Below, piece by piece: positions 40,386-56,730 of a stretch of 64,000 nucleotides of DNA. The notes beneath the pieces were generated by a model. It made no database searches and was not told the DNA's origin. It worked only from the letters and a program-made list of their open reading frames with translations. The translations under genes and the position numbers were made by a program. The stretch is taken from NCBI RefSeq assembly GCF_009914755.1, contig NC_060935.1; one strand, given 5' to 3'. How positions within the stretch are numbered: the stretch's first letter is position 1; each line of letters opens with the position of its first letter. The DNA is from the human T2T-CHM13v2.0 reference genome, Homo sapiens.

Positions 40386-42663
40386 GTTGAAAGAGTTTTA
40401 CAAGTGTGGTGTCTATGATGCAAGTTGGTATAAGGAAAGAAGAAAAGACATGGGCTAGAAATATAAAGAAAAATTTAACACTCACTGAGTGACTGCTATG
40501 TGTTTTCATATATTTCATTTAATCTGAAAACAAATACAAAGAGGGTATTCAGTAGCCTAAGTTTGATAGATGAGGTAGAAGAGAAATTAATGTGTCTAAG
40601 AGCACACAGGCAGCTGGGGTTACACCTGGAGCTTCTGAGCTCTCGGTGAACCCCTCCCTCTGAGCCACTGTAGCTCTCTCATCATGTGGGTCCTGTGGGG
40701 CAGAGCTTGAATCTTAGCATGAATCCCCGGTGCCCCGCCAAGAGCCTGAAACCTTGGCACTCAATATCAGCTTTTACAGAGTGATGTTACTTTACTTTTC
40801 TGAGCCTCAATATTTTTCATCCATAAAATTATCATAGACATGGTTGTTTTGAGGGGAAAATGAAATAATTTAGCAGAAAGCACCATGATATACTCAAAGG
40901 CCACAGACACCTGTCAATCGTAAAAGCATAAGTAACAAGAGACATAATCAGCTCTTAGTTCTTCAGTTCTTCTAAAAGAGGTGGTAGTTTAGATATGTGT
41001 AAATAAAATTAAATTTTAAAAATGTTTTTATATAATCTTTTTAAATTAGCAAACGAAATTGCTACTCGTTATATGCACACTGAAGTTTACTTTGCAACCG
41101 CAGCAAATCTGTAGCACCCATTATCATAAATTTATTCAACAAGGGCTAATATAATACTACAGTATAATCTTTTCTCCCCCACATCAACACTCACACACTC
41201 ACACCCACACTCACACTCCAGAACAAATACACAAAGAGAACCAAAGGAAATTTCATTTTGTTTAGGCCAGGAAACACCTATTAGCCATTCTGTTAAGGCT
41301 CAGGGCATTCAGCTTATATACAAAACTGATTACTATATGCATTTTCAAAGGAGTTTAAATGCAGTGACCTGACAGTGGACACAATAATGAAACAAAAATT
41401 CTCATGACCCTGCTCAAAGTAATACTATTTTTAAAAATGGAAACCTCAGTAATATTTTAATTTACAATAAGTGCCTGCTTCAAACGCAGTCCATGGCTGC
41501 TTAGGATTTCTAGTTGAAACAGAACCCAACTGGGGTAAAACATACATTCTGGTAGTTCAATTTGTTATGTTCTGCATAGGGCCTGTCTTTACAGAACTAC
41601 CTCTCCCCCCAGTTAAGGAACAATTTTGCCAATCAGTTTTCCTGGCAACTCAGCCTCACAAAAGAGAGAGGGAAAGGAAGAAGCAGGGGTGTTGGGGAGG
41701 TTGCCGCACCTCCTGTCACATCACTACTGATTAAAGAGGCTCCAAAAGAACAGAAGGAAAGTGCATTTCAAGAACAACAGAACCTTTCAGCAAAAGTACA
41801 TTCGCCTAATTGAAAAGCTACTCGAAGCTGTTATTTTTATATCCCAAAATGCTGAATCATTCTTCAAACAATTTCACAAAATCAATAAAAGAGAAGTAGT
41901 TTCTCCCGACCCCTTCTCCCAACTATTGCCTGTTTGAAACACTGCCTTTCCTTTCTTTTCTGTTTAGATTTAGGGCCAAGCATCCAAAGAAAAGCAGGAA
42001 CACATTGCATTCTCTCAATTAAGAATGACATGCTATGCAAGAAAAGGAGCTTGTATATCTTGCACTGAAGTTTTTCTTCTGAAGTTTATACACTGATATT
42101 CTACAGCACTGAAAACCAGGTTGATGGGGATGGAACTCTAACACCTGCCTCCATGGGGATGATTTCATTATTAGTTGCTGTTATTCTATTGAAAGGTATG
42201 ATGGACGGAAGAAAGAAACGAAGAAAGGGACAGAGGGTGAGGGGACGGAGGCAGGAAAAAAGGCAAGCCCAGATTACCTGGTTTAAAACCAGAAAAACAA
42301 GATGGTCCTTTGAGAGCTCCACGCTCCTGGCCTCACAGGCACACTCTGCTGCTTCTCCAGCGCACTCTAGTCATCTGCCAGAAGAAGCGTTCAAACACAG
42401 TGAATTGTATTTGAACACTACCACACTGGAGACAACCAGGCAGCTGACAAACAGCAACAGAGCATCAGTTTTGCTTAACAGTTCTTTGGTGTGGTGAAGA
42501 TGAGAGTGGCCTCTGAGATTAGGTTACTGAGAATTACTGAGTTACGAATTGCCACAAAACACCAAGTCTCAATTATCTTTACAAAAGGAATAGTGAAATG
42601 GATCATCAGAAAGGTTAACCTAACCATTTTTTTGGGATCCATAACATAAATCAAGATAGAAAT

Positions 42664-43120
42664 GATTCGCTCAGTATCTATTTACTGAGACGTACTACAT
42701 GCCAGGGACTCTTCTAGGTGTTGGGCATATGACGGTATATACATCCAAGTCCTTGTCTTCAGGGAGCATATATCCTAAAGATGGGAGTCAGGCCATAAAT
42801 AGACAATAACATCATTATGTCAGGTGATGATCAGTGCTTTGAAAACTTTAGGAGAGTTGGGGCAGTGTGTGGGGAGGCTGATATTTCATATAGGGTGGTC
42901 AGCAAGGCCTTGTGATGAAATGACATTCTGTGTGAAGAAATTCCATCAGAATCTGGAGCATGTGAAGGAGACAGCCAAGTGAATATCTGTGAGGAAGTGT
43001 GTTTCATTCTAGGCAAATGGAGCAATAAAACAAGGGCCCTACAGGGAGAATGGCCTTGGTGTGTTCCAGAAACAGCAAGGAAGCCAGCATGATCAGGAGT
43101 AAGAGATGATGTTGGGGAGA
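42664..43120 (-). mobile_element. L2a-like 3' portion
   Basis: tatttactgagacgtactacatgccaggg...gtccttgtcttcagggagc...agggtggtcagcaaggcctt...gtgttccagaaacagcaaggaagccagcatg. Confidence 0.8.
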
Positions 43121-43956
43121 GAATGGGTCATCTAGAATTCTAGCAGGACCTCACACATAGCTCCAAATGAAATACTTTTCTTCCAGAAGTCCAGGAGAAA
43201 AAATTACATTTTACAGCAAACATTTCAAAGGAACGACAGGGTTTTGTTACTTGCAGAATTTTATGAGTGCTTATTTTATGAAATCAACAATCACCTTCGG
43301 GATTTAAAAAAATACAGCATCACATTTATGATTAAGAAAAAAAAAAATCACCAACCCCTGTTTCTATATAACTTGGCTTTCAAATCAGTTTATGCTAAAG
43401 AGGGTTACATCAAAGACAAGCAAACTAAAACTACACTGCCCACACAACTTGTGGTCCTTCTCTGATGTACCTCTTCCTATTTCTCTCCCTTGTCCCCACT
43501 TCACAGGGCAGTCAGGTACAATGTCTTCCAAGTTCCCACAGTCTCTCAGGCATTCCTATATCATGGCACTTATCATGCTGCCCTGTCACTGTTTGACCCT
43601 TGTTTCCTTCCACTACAGATAAAAATATTGTATTTACTTCACTGCAATTGCCTCTCAATGCCTAAAAAAAGTTTCTGGAAACAATGAATGAAAAAGTGGA
43701 TTGGTACTCAGCTTTCCCACCTTGACCTTCCTCTTTAACCTTCCCATCTTGACCTTCTCCACTGGAGGCAGATGACTCAGGTAGCTCAGAGGGAGCCTCA
43801 ATTTCAGCTGCCCTCCTCCCTCCTGTTCCTGTAAACCTCACACTACCCCCAGGTTAGGATAAGGAACATGTTGATTTTGCTTAGCTGACTGTTCTCAGGA
43901 AGAACTGAAGAAGCCAGAAAAGCTTAAACGTTTCTGGAGATGAAAAATAAGAGTTA

Positions 43957-44274
<318 letters not shown>

Positions 44275-44327
44275 TTACAGATTTTCCTCTGTAATAATTG
44301 TTTACCTTTAAGAATGGTGGACGATCT

Positions 44328-44855
<528 letters not shown>

Positions 44856-47489
44856 CTAGAGCCTCCTACAAAGGTATCCTCTCTTTCAGATAGGTCAAAA
44901 TTGATTTGAATGTAGATTCCACGAGCGCCACAGCGTCGTGCTCAGATCCTAGAACAGTGCCTGGGAGGACTTCAGTGAATGTGGAATTATGCATGCACAT
45001 GTAAACAGATGGAGGGAAGGGCAGAAAGGTGAGAGCAGTGTCTGCAGAGGCCTGGTGGTTCTGCCTGCAGATAAGCTGGCATTTTCTATACACAGTGGCT
45101 CTGCAGTGTTGAGACACTTCTGAGGGGAATGTTCATCTACGTGGTCTATACAACACGCTACTGGGTTAGTTTTTTTTAAAAGCAGGGTATTTTTAAATTA
45201 GAGAGGAAAACAGAGCTGATGACTCTTGCCATAGACAGTGGCAGGAAGTCTGCTGGATGGAAGTCACTCAGCTCACTCCTCTGCTTTCCCTAAACATTTA
45301 AAAAGTCAGGCATACTGTGCGGGAGAAATGCATTTTTTTAAACCTCATTTGTGATTTTGAGTAGGAAATTAAAACCTGTACACAGGAAAAGAATGAAGCC
45401 CTGATGTATTTGATCAGGGGTGCTTTATGAAGAATTTATTATCAGGTAGGAATATCAAATGAGAAACAGAAACAGCACAGAAGCCCCAATAAAACACCAG
45501 CATTTGACAAAATAAAACACACACTGATGGGCTTGAGCTGTTGATGGCTGGGGAGATAAGGAAAATAAAAGGAGGAAATTAGAACAAATAAGATGGATGA
45601 TGTAATTACGAACAGAAAACAAGTGGAGAGGAAGAGAAATTTGAGCTTGTTGGCTATGGAAAGTAAGCTATTTCAACTTGTTTAAATCCAAAGGCTTGTT
45701 TAGAGTTCACAAGTGTCATAAAAAACTCTATATTTAAATATCTAAACATCAAATTGGGCCCACAGTGGGCTAAGGGCTTGCATTGACTGGCATCCCGTCT
45801 TCAGCATACCAAAACATCTCCAAATAGAATAGCGCAGATCACCTTCAGCTGCCTGACATTAACTCTATACTGCTCCCCACTCCTTGTTCCCATCTGATTG
45901 CCTTCAAGATAGCGTAGTGCCCAACATGAAAGGATTACTATAGCAACATAGGAAGCTCTTTTATGGGCATGGAGGAGGCTCTGTGGAGTGGCGCAGGAAA
46001 TCCAGAGGCGAGAGCAACGAGGAGTGCCCACTGTCAAGCCTTCCTAGAGATTCTTAACTGGAGGATGTGTGTTCCAGGAAATGATTAATGCTTTGAGGGA
46101 AAAAAAAATGTTCTAATTGAACATACAGTAATTCTGAATTTTCTCTTTGTGTGACAGATAAGATATAATCACTGAATTTCTTTCTCCAGAGGCTTTGTAG
46201 AAAAAAACCCTTTGTGGAAGCAATATCTTCAGTGTCTGAAAGATAGTCTTTTTATATGAAACAAATTCTGCATTGGGTTACTAAAAGCATCCACCTGCTT
46301 ATCAATCTAAAAGCTGCATCTTTAAAGGTCACAAGTGAAGGAAAATCAGATAGACTCATTCTAATTCCTAGCAAACGGGAGCTCATTTCTCACCAATCCA
46401 CCCCGCAGCGCTCAGTAGCATGACCTTTCACTTACAAAGAGAACAGCAGATTCTGTCTCTCATGTGCTAGCCTTCCTTCCTCTTCAAGAATTAAATGCAG
46501 TTTTGATATTATCATTACACACTTCCATAATATTCCACTGCCCAGGCCTATAAATTAGCATTGCTGTACCAAAATGCCCAGCCAAATCTCTCTCTCACCC
46601 TCACTTGGGCCTGCAAGAGAATATTAATTAATACTATCAAAACAGGGTTTAGTATACAGTACTACACAGTCAGAGAAATCTTATAAAACCTGTGACCTGC
46701 AGCAGTGAGTGACAAAAAAATTAAAAATGAATATTTAATTGCCTGTTGCTCTTTTAAATTTGGACTGACAAATTCAGCTGGGAAAATAATTCTGAGAGAT
46801 TGCAGAGCAGCCTTTCTTTGGCATTTCTGAGAATATAGGTGTCTGCATGACATTAGGAAGTAATTGGTATATTGGGAACCTATGGAAAACACAATTGGGA
46901 GAATTTTTCACACCTAAGAATAATGAAGACTAGGGGCTTGTCTTCTGTTTCTTACCACCCACTGAAACAACAGCTGGAGGGGTCATCCACCTGGTGTGAT
47001 GGCAAAAACACTTACTTCCGCACAGTCGCTGACAACCTTGTTCAAGTCTAAAGTCAAGGGATTCCAAATACATACAAGCACACCAAGATGGGAGTATTAA
47101 ATGGATCAGAGGCAGTCATGTTTACATTAAAACTAAAAGTACCTGTAAGACTGTATCATTTCATTGTCAGAAGAAATTATTTTTTGTAGCTTCATGCAGT
47201 AATTTCAGGCAATGTGAATTTAATTGATACCAAGTATAGTAAGCTCATTAATAGTATGCAAGGAGAAATGATTTCAATGGAAAACAAAAAGCAGTCAATT
47301 TCACATCTACATGCCTCAACTTCCCTAATATGAAAGAGGGGAAGCACGGCACATCCTTATCTGAGGCCAATTTAAATTCTATGTGGAAGCCAGAACAAAT
47401 CGGGTGCTCAGAACATTTCAAATTAGTAATAATTAAAAATTCAGAGATGACAAAGTTTCTCCTGAAATAATAATAATCTACACTTGTAT

Positions 47490-47695
47490 GGCATGTTATG
47501 ATATACCAAGTCATTATCACATTCAATCCTCCAAGGGATATGTGTATCAGGCAGAACAGACATCAGCATGCCCATTTTGTAGATGAGAAAAATGAAACCA
47601 GGGGCGGTAGTTCAAATGACAGGCAGATCAGTCAATGGGGGACCCAGAACTCAAATCCTATCAAAGCTTGGCAACCAGTGTCTTTTCCACTATCC
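47490..47695 (-). mobile_element. MIR SINE
   Basis: attatcacattcaatcctc...cccattttgtagatgagaaaaatga...ccagaactcaaatcc. Confidence 0.65.
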
Positions 47696-47986
47696 TGAAG
47701 CAGGATTAACATTTGTTAGAAATATTGTTTTCTTTTTGAACATGTTGAATCAATATTGATATTCTAATTTAGGAGACAAGGACGCCCCTTGCTATTTGCA
47801 TACTGTAATAGCCTTCAGGATAATTACTGGATAGATCTTTTGAAAAAAGATGCCACATGTTTACACTACTTCACTGCTTTTAGAAAAGTAGATATATGAC
47901 ATTTACCAAATGCTGCAGCACAATTAGCCATCATTTAAACTACTGTGAAGAAACGACATTAAAAGAGGAGAAGAGGCAGAAAATCA

Positions 47987-48432
<446 letters not shown>

Positions 48433-49624
48433 TTAAAGTTTCTATCCTACAGTCTCATCTAACCCAAAATCATAAATTTGAAGCAAACATACAAAATGTT
48501 ATACTGTAAATGCCCTGGAGCCAGTATTATTGAATGAGACAACCACAGTAGTTTTTGTCTCATTATTGCTTAATAATATTTATTATTATTGGCTATGATT
48601 AGTTGTGTTATTATGCTGCCTAAGCCAAGGATTTAGCAGACTTCAGTTAGTAATCAACAACTGTAGTTTAAGTCCCAAATTCAAGCACAGAAACAGAATA
48701 AGAAGCAAACTTTTTATTTCTCAGGCATAAGGCCAGTTATTCTATATAAATGATCTTCAGACTCTATGATTTAGAATCTGAAGGTACTCTACGGTCTGAA
48801 CTCACAGGGTTCAGATTCTGTGATTTAGAGAGGTAAATAAGGAAATTAAAACAACATATCTTAAGTTATTTCACAAGCAAGAATCAGATATTGAGATTCA
48901 TGATGGCTTCCTGATACCCACCACTGTTCAGTTTGGAGTATTAGGTGGGGTGAAGTATCTCAGCAGTGCAGGTAATAACCAGGACAATGCTCAGATGGCT
49001 ACTGGCCAGGAAACATGATCAGGATGAGCCTGCCTCTCCAGACGTAGCCTCTGGTGACCCCTACCACACCCCTCTAGACTCTTCACAAGGAACCTGGGCT
49101 GCCTTCTCAAGTCATGCATTTGCCAGAGGAGGCCTCTGCTAGCACCACTGAGAAACACAGCCTGTTCTCCAGTGGTGGTGTGTGTACACCTACAGCCTCC
49201 ACTTCCTCACCAAACCCTCCTTCCTTCAGCTCTTACCATTTTAATGCAACTGAACTACTGAAACTACTCTCTTGAAACAATTTCTTCTTAAACATTACAC
49301 TCAATAGCCCGTTCTCATCTACCGCCATCTCTTCTAGTATTTAATACTGTGCTGACCCACTCCCACCTCAGCACTCTCCCTTTAACTTTGGGAAGGGCCT
49401 TCCTCTTCCTCTGGCTTTTTTCATTTTTTTGTACCACACCCACCTCCAATTCCTCCTTTGCTTCCTGCCCATTAAATGTGGCTATTCTTCTGAGGGTTCT
49501 TATAAGGTAATAAAATAGAGAGGGAAGCCTCAGGTGATTATAAAATTTTCAAAAAGATCTCAAAAAGCCTAAATAAAAATTTTACTTGTGATAAGCCTCC
49601 TCACTCATACACAGAATTATGTCA

Positions 49625-49934
<310 letters not shown>

Positions 49935-50376
49935 AGAATTATATCAGCTCAATGACACAGCAATGCTTATTAGTTAATCTAGTTTGCTTAGAGATGTTTT
50001 ATCAGATGCTATCAATTCAACCATGAATTGTTTCTACACTCTGACGCATTTCATCCACTCCCAACTCCATGTTGACAATAGAGTCCTGGGCACTTTCACT
50101 TGCATCAGTGAGCATTCAACAAGTTCACGGCAAAATCCATCACATCAGTACGTCCACCTGCTCTTCCTTCTGGCCTCTCTCTAAGTTACTTTCACTCCCT
50201 CATTTGTGATCACTTGCCCTGCCTTTGTACATTCCACATCCTTGAGGTCAGTCTTCATGTCTCTCTCCCACTGCTTCTGCCCTGGTTAAAGTACTCAGTA
50301 CTCCTTGTTGGACTATTAGGATCTCCCAGGCTCCACTCTCTGCCGTCTGCAATCCATACTATATGCTTTGATCAAG

Positions 50377-50382
<6 letters not shown>

Positions 50383-50416
<34 letters not shown>
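50383..50416 (+). repeat. (TA)17 microsatellite with degenerate AT-rich flank
   Basis: Direct read. Confidence 0.97.
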
Positions 50417-50423
<7 letters not shown>

Positions 50424-50811
50424 TGTATATGCACATATATAATATACACACATATATAAATTCTGCAATTTCCCTTCTTAAAAGGCTTCAATTACTTCTA
50501 CTTCCTGCTTTCTACTGAAGAAAATCCGAAGTTCCTAACATAATATTCAAATCTCTAAAGGATCTACTACAATCTGCTTTTTCAGCATGATTTCTCATAG
50601 AATTACTCTCTCCAGGTTTTTGATCAAACTAGCCTACAACATACTGTTCTCTCACCATGACTTGGGGTTTCCTGTTTCTATGCTTTATCTAATGCTGGTC
50701 CTTCTATTTAGAATACCTTCAACTATTAATACTATATTCTTAAATGCTACAAATCTTCCTCATTTGTCAATGCTTAACTTAAGGGCTCCGCCTTTCATAA
50801 AGGCATTTTCT

Positions 50812-51116
50812 TTCTTTTCTTATATATTTTTTAAGAAACAGGGTCTCACTCTGTCACCCAAGCTGGAGTGCAGTGGTGCAACCATAGTTCACTATAACCT
50901 GGAACTCCTAGGTACAAGTGATCCTCCTGCCTCAGCCTCCCGAGTAGCTGGGACTACAGGTGAGTGCACCCATGCCCAGCTAATATTTTTTGGCCTTAGT
51001 AAGACAGGGTCTTACTACGTTGCCCAGGCTGGTCTTAAACTCCTGGGCTCAAGCAATCCTCCCATCTCAGACTCCCAAAATGCTGGGATTATAGGCATGA
51101 ACGACTGTGCCTGGCC
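50812..51116 (-). mobile_element. AluJ
   Basis: J-type antisense Alu; TSD CATAAAG[G/A]CATTTTCT at 50796-50811 and 51117-51132. Confidence 0.93.
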
Positions 51117-51173
51117 CATAAAGACATTTTCTATTAGCCCCACTGGAAGTGAGTTCTCCCTCCACTGGAGTAG

Positions 51174-51624
51174 TGCTATGCCTTAAGTTTGCCCGCACCA
51201 AAACTCATGTTGAAATCTGGTCCCCAGTGTGGTGGGTTTGGGAGATAAGGCCTAGTGGGAGGTGTCTGGGCTATGAGGGCAGATCCCTCATGAACATCTT
51301 GGTGCTGGTTCTTGCTGCTTTTGCAGTAGTGAGTTCTCACTCTGGTGAGACTGGATTAGCTCTTGTGGAAATGGATTAGTTCCCTAGAGAGTGGGTTGTT
51401 ATAAAGCCAGGACACTCTTCAGGTTTCCTCCTCTTTGCACGTGTCTGCATCTCCTTTGATCTTCTCTACCATGTTATGACACAGCATGAAAGCCCTCACC
51501 AGAAGTCAGGGACATGCCCTTAAACTTCCTAGCCTGCAGAACCATGAACTACATAAATCCCTTTTCTTTATAAATTATCTCACTTTGGGTACTCTGTTTT
51601 AGCAAGACAAAACAGAATGAGACA
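51174..51624 (+). mobile_element. MaLR solo LTR (MSTB-like)
   Basis: TG...CA termini (tgctatg...atgagaca); ccaaaactcatgttgaaat, tataaagccagg, ctagcctgcagaaccatga, tttctttataaatta; 5-bp TSD AGTAG/AGTAC. Confidence 0.92.
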
Positions 51625-54600
51625 AGTACCATGCCGCTTTTTGAGTATTTTCTTATAGAAATCAATGTATAATGTTTCTCTTATAATTAATCTACATGAA
51701 TCTCATCTTTAGAGTGTGGACAGTATCTCACTCTTGAATCACACACAGTCCTATACATAATGGGTTTGTCTTAATAAGTATTTGACAAGGGAATACATAA
51801 ATAAATCAGTGAATTAAATTCCTGACTTTCTACTGCCAATTTTTTAAAACAAATCAGTGTTTAGCAGATTGCAGCATCTATGTAGAACAAGCTTCTTTTG
51901 TATCCAGTAAATATAATGCTTCAAGTATTCCTATAGTACATTCCCCTCCTTGCTATACAGTATTTGGCTTTGAAGAATAAATTAGCACAAGGGTTTCACT
52001 GGATATGCAATAGAAAATTAGCTTCTCATAAAATGGTTCAGTTCAAGTTTATTAGAAAGCTCTCAGTTTTACTGTTTTGCTTTGTGGGAAATTTTGTGTT
52101 AACTATGATCAGAAATGGTGGAAAGCAGAGCTGCACTGACAGACCGTCTAGGATCAGAGAGACCTGGATGATGCAATTAAAAGGTGGACAGACAGGTAGA
52201 CAGATGTTCAGCTGCATGATCAGGAACAAGATTGTATAAAAAAGGCTTCTTTGATCATTAGAGATACTGCTGTAATGAAGCCCTGGATACCTACTCGGTG
52301 TTTGTGCCGGCTCTCATCTCCAGCAGGTGTCTTATAGAGAAAATAAGGCAAACACAAACAGATCCACTGCCAGCTAGTCAAAGCCGCTTGGCATTTTTTC
52401 CTGTTGATTAAGCCACAGATAAAATCATACATGTTGTGCTTCTGACACAGGCAGAGTATGCAATTCCTGAATCGTTACAGAATACATCTTTCTGAAATAT
52501 TTCAGCATCCATTACTCTACTGAGATCAAGAAACTAATATATGTTCAATAGATTATCCTATGTGATCCAATGCATCCCTAAGGGCCAAGAACATGACACA
52601 AACTGTAAGCACCAAAATGGATTTAAAAGCCAAACACACTAAAGGATGGTGAATTTGAGAAATGCAGGTAAATTGTGCATGAGTAGACAGAACACTGGGG
52701 TTTAAGAATAACTAACTCTTGGTTATGTAGAAGAATGGAGAGCTGCACTAATGTGGAACAGCCAAAACGGCAGAGCTAAATGTCATTCATATTTACCTCT
52801 GGACTGCACTGCATGGTCCCTTAGAAGTAACATTGGCCTCTCATTTCTGCATAGTTTAAAATAAGAGTGGATTCTCTCATCACACAGAGGCAGAATATGC
52901 AGTTTGTGAATTGTTACAGATTCACCACCAACTGACAGGGATGTAGGTGGTAATTAGGGATTCTCATGGGAATAATTGTTGCCGTGAATAATCCACAAAG
53001 TAGAGACTTAGACACAAGTCTCAGCAATGCTACTGACACCCTTCTGTATTGGGCATGCCAATTTATCTCCTTGTCTTGGCTTCCTCATCTGAAACACAGA
53101 AACAATTTTAACACTTGTTATTTGTCTGGTAGGGATTTTAGGAACGTAAATAAGATGCTCTAAGAAGCTATGTGATTCACAGTAGCATCATTTCTTACTG
53201 AATCTCTTGACTGATTCTGGCTCTAAGGATAGAATGAGGAGAAGAAGAAAGGGAAGGAGGCAGGAAGAGAAAGACGATGAGACCCAGTCACTAGATCCTA
53301 TTTTCATGGCTTGGGGCAGAGGTGAATGCCTCAGTAAATCACACTTTCAAAGACAGATGGTCCTCTTTAACAATAACTTCTCCTCCTAGTCACCACTTCA
53401 TCTTGTAAGAGACTTTAGCTCCGTATGTTCATGAATCATTGATCCTGTTACAATTGTAATGACACAAATCTGAAAGATATGATGACATTTTACCAGCGTG
53501 GTGAGTTTTTGAGAAAGAGTTGGAAAGATGCAACATTTTAAGTTACAGGTTGGAAAATCAGCGAAGACACCATTGTTTTCCTATTTCCTTCTCTACAGTT
53601 TACAGTTACAAAGCTCACTCCCAACACACTTTAATTAGCCACTCACTGTCACGTGGTATTTACTAAATATAGAAGGATGAGGAGAATGGCTGGCTGCCCT
53701 CCTTCTCGGTTACAGTGGTTCTCTCTGCACTAGCTTTCCGTGAGCAGCCCTTTGCACCACCACTTGAAATCTCAATATTATAGCCCACTCTCTGATGTTA
53801 CCTGAACACTGCCAGGTCAGACTCTCTCGGAATACTAATATCAAGAAGATCACCATGACATCTGCCTACTGTAGGTAACAATGACCAACCATAAAGGTAA
53901 TCTTAAATTGGGTTCTCTTTCAAGATATCACTAACTCAAATTGCTTTTGTCATAGTTCTTTTCAAAAAAATATTTTCAATTTAGAACTGGAAGGAAACAT
54001 GAAAGACTGGGCCTGACTGCCCGTGAAGTTCACTGCTATTGCAGTGCTAAATGGGCATAGACTGGGAAGACAAATGAAATAAGACAAATGCACACTCTCC
54101 CTTATGCTCAAGTACAGTATTTAATACAGCTGAACATGGCATTTATTTTTATCTTTGACAGAACCACAAATGGCCACTGACTTTATCTGCAGATGGGATA
54201 TTCTCAAAAATATTTTCTCCCTGCCCCACAGGGAGAACAAATTTTTTTGTTTACCAGCAGTGAGAATTGGTGAACATGGTGTATGTACTTTTTCTCCCCT
54301 TCAACCATCATTAAAGATTAAACATCAGTAACTCAATAAATTCTAGAAATAACAGCTGAAAATGCATGAGAATGGCAAGACCAGACACCAATACGCATCA
54401 TGGTGGAAAGATGTTTAAAAGGTATGTCCTGTAAATTAGGAGATATTTATATAGTATATAGAATCTCAAAGTTGCACTGCTTTATTATTTTGAAATCCAT
54501 TCTTATATTCCTGCAGAGTTTTGCAGTCTGACCTATTTGTCTTAAGGTTGGACTCCATTATACATTCTTAAGAAGCAGAAGCAAGACGGAGATGGCCTTG

Positions 54601-56494
54601 AAAATCACCATCAACATTGTAATCAGTCTCTTTGATAGAGGTGATACAGAGCACTGACACTTTAGCCGCCATTTTCTCTTAAAATGGTATTCTCATTCAT
54701 TTGAAGACAGAAGCAGAGGACCCTGCCTTGAATTTGCAATGTTTAAAAATGGGAGAAATACACTATTTGATTCAATGTTCAGACATTAACAAAGTGCATT
54801 CAAGGAATCTAAATCAGAAAAAAAGGAAAGAAAACTTAGTTTGTAGTAATCTTTCCATAAAAGCATCCAAAATTCCTTTCTGATTGAAAACTGTGATTTC
54901 AGATTAGCTACTCTAAATGTATTATAAAAAGCAAATGCAACAGACTTTTTTTGGTTGATCCAGCCTAAATTAGGCTACAAAAAGGGAAGTAAAACATTAA
55001 AACAAACACAAACATAGATACATACAACTCTCAGTACTGTTAGCTACTCGGTGATGATGTGAATAACATTCCTAGAGACCTCCTGAAGATGAGAATTTTC
55101 AAGGGGCTCCTGCGTCTAAATTATGGTAATAATTCCTACCCTCTTAATCATGAATGGTAACTACAAATAGAAGATAGAAACTCTTTTCTTGGCTTTTAGG
55201 CTTTAAATACATCCTCACTTTAAAAACAGATCCCATCATCTGTCTTTAGACAGGAGTGTGTTTACTCACAGGAGTGAAGGTCTAAGATGCTGCCTTGAGA
55301 AAGATAAAATTAAGGCATCAAAGAATCCAAAATACAATTTTATGTTAATATCTGGCTTCCTTTATTTTATACCAATATACAGTGAATCTTACTTCTTAAG
55401 CATATATATCACAGAAAGCACATACTATCGAAATTCTGTCCTGAAGAACTCTTGAAACAAAATTTGCTGGAGTAATATTTCTCAACCTATACAAAGGGAA
55501 TGCTCGTATCCCTATTTACAATGTACCTTAACAGCCTATGTCTAGCATCATTATAATTAAGAAGCAAAACTATGAAATGGAAAGACAACAAGAAAACGAG
55601 CACATGGAGGGCTGCTTCCTCATAGTTTCACCATGATCATCACTGATTATGATCATCCGGAAGAGGTGAATACATTATTTAAAACTGTGAGATATGCATG
55701 TAGGCTCTGGTCATAAAACTACATTTGTCCTAGTAAAGCTCAATTTAAGGTTGGGCTCCAAATTGCAAAAGTTCCGAGGAGAAGGGAGTTTCTCTAACCA
55801 TCTATGAAGCACTAGCCTTTCCCTGAGCAAAGCATTTTGCCTCCACCGCCCCCCCACCACTCAAATAGAACTTTAGCACCTCCTTTATTGCTCACAGTTT
55901 CTCTTGTACTTCAGGGGATTTACACTGAGTGAGGGCAGGAGAATCCCTAGTCTAAAGCAAAATTCTGTATTGATATTTAGGATGATTTCAGCATCAGCAC
56001 ATTAGACTGAAGGCATGGATGAAAGATTGTGGTTATTATTCCTAAAGCTGACTCACCCTCACAGAAGAGCCCACAGCTACTGAAAAGGGTTCTATTTTTT
56101 TTCAAAAGAGGGATAGGATAGTGTGAGTTGGCCATGGCAAATGAAAAAGCCCAGCTTCACTTTCTATGTGTATGACACAGCCCGGGAGGGAAATAGGCAT
56201 GACAGTAATGAGACTTGGGTGTTGGGAAGTTTAGTTTGAAGAGCAGAGCACTAATGGTTTCCAGTTGAGATGTTCAATTCAGTCCTCTTACTAGTCTTAC
56301 TTGAAGTCAAAACAAAACAAAACAAACAAATAAAAAATAACCCTAGTCTTTCAGAGTCTTTTGAGAGTGCATCACATAAAAATATCTTGTGATCATCTAC
56401 AAGGTGCAACATCACATTTATATCATATAAAACTGACATGTAGACCTTTGTACTTTACTGATCATATAGCCCCCAAGCCATGTTCTGTGAGCAG

Positions 56495-56730
56495 TAATAT
56501 GATACAGTGCATAAAAGCTGGAATTCTAGGCTTAGACAGAACTTAGCTCCAAGTTCCAATCCAGACTTCGCTGTTCATTTGGTGTGTGACTTTGGCTTAT
56601 TCAATTTCTCTAAGTCTCACCTTCCTCAACAGAAATTAAAAATAAAACAGTAAAAAAGAGATAACAGTACACACCCCATAACATTATAAGAATTAAATAG
56701 CAATGCACTCAAAATGCTTATCACAGATCA
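56495..56730 (+). mobile_element. MIR SINE
   Basis: tacagtgcataaaagctggaattctaggcttagacag...tgtgtgactttggc...ctctaagtctcaccttcctca...aagaattaaatag. Confidence 0.65.

Larger units (their letters stand above)
49990..51815 (+). mobile_element. Fragmented L2 carrying nested (TA)n, AluJ and MST LTR
   Basis: L2-like segments (cccttcttaaaaggcttcaattacttc; aaaatccgaagttcctaacataatattcaa) and a 3' tail ttaataagtatttgac...ataaataaatcagtgaa. Confidence 0.55.

Noticed and set aside
50587-51186. Longest ORF (199 aa)
   Set aside because: Reads through L2-like sequence and an antisense AluJ (LTLSPKLECSG...[11 protein letters not shown] is typical Alu translation).
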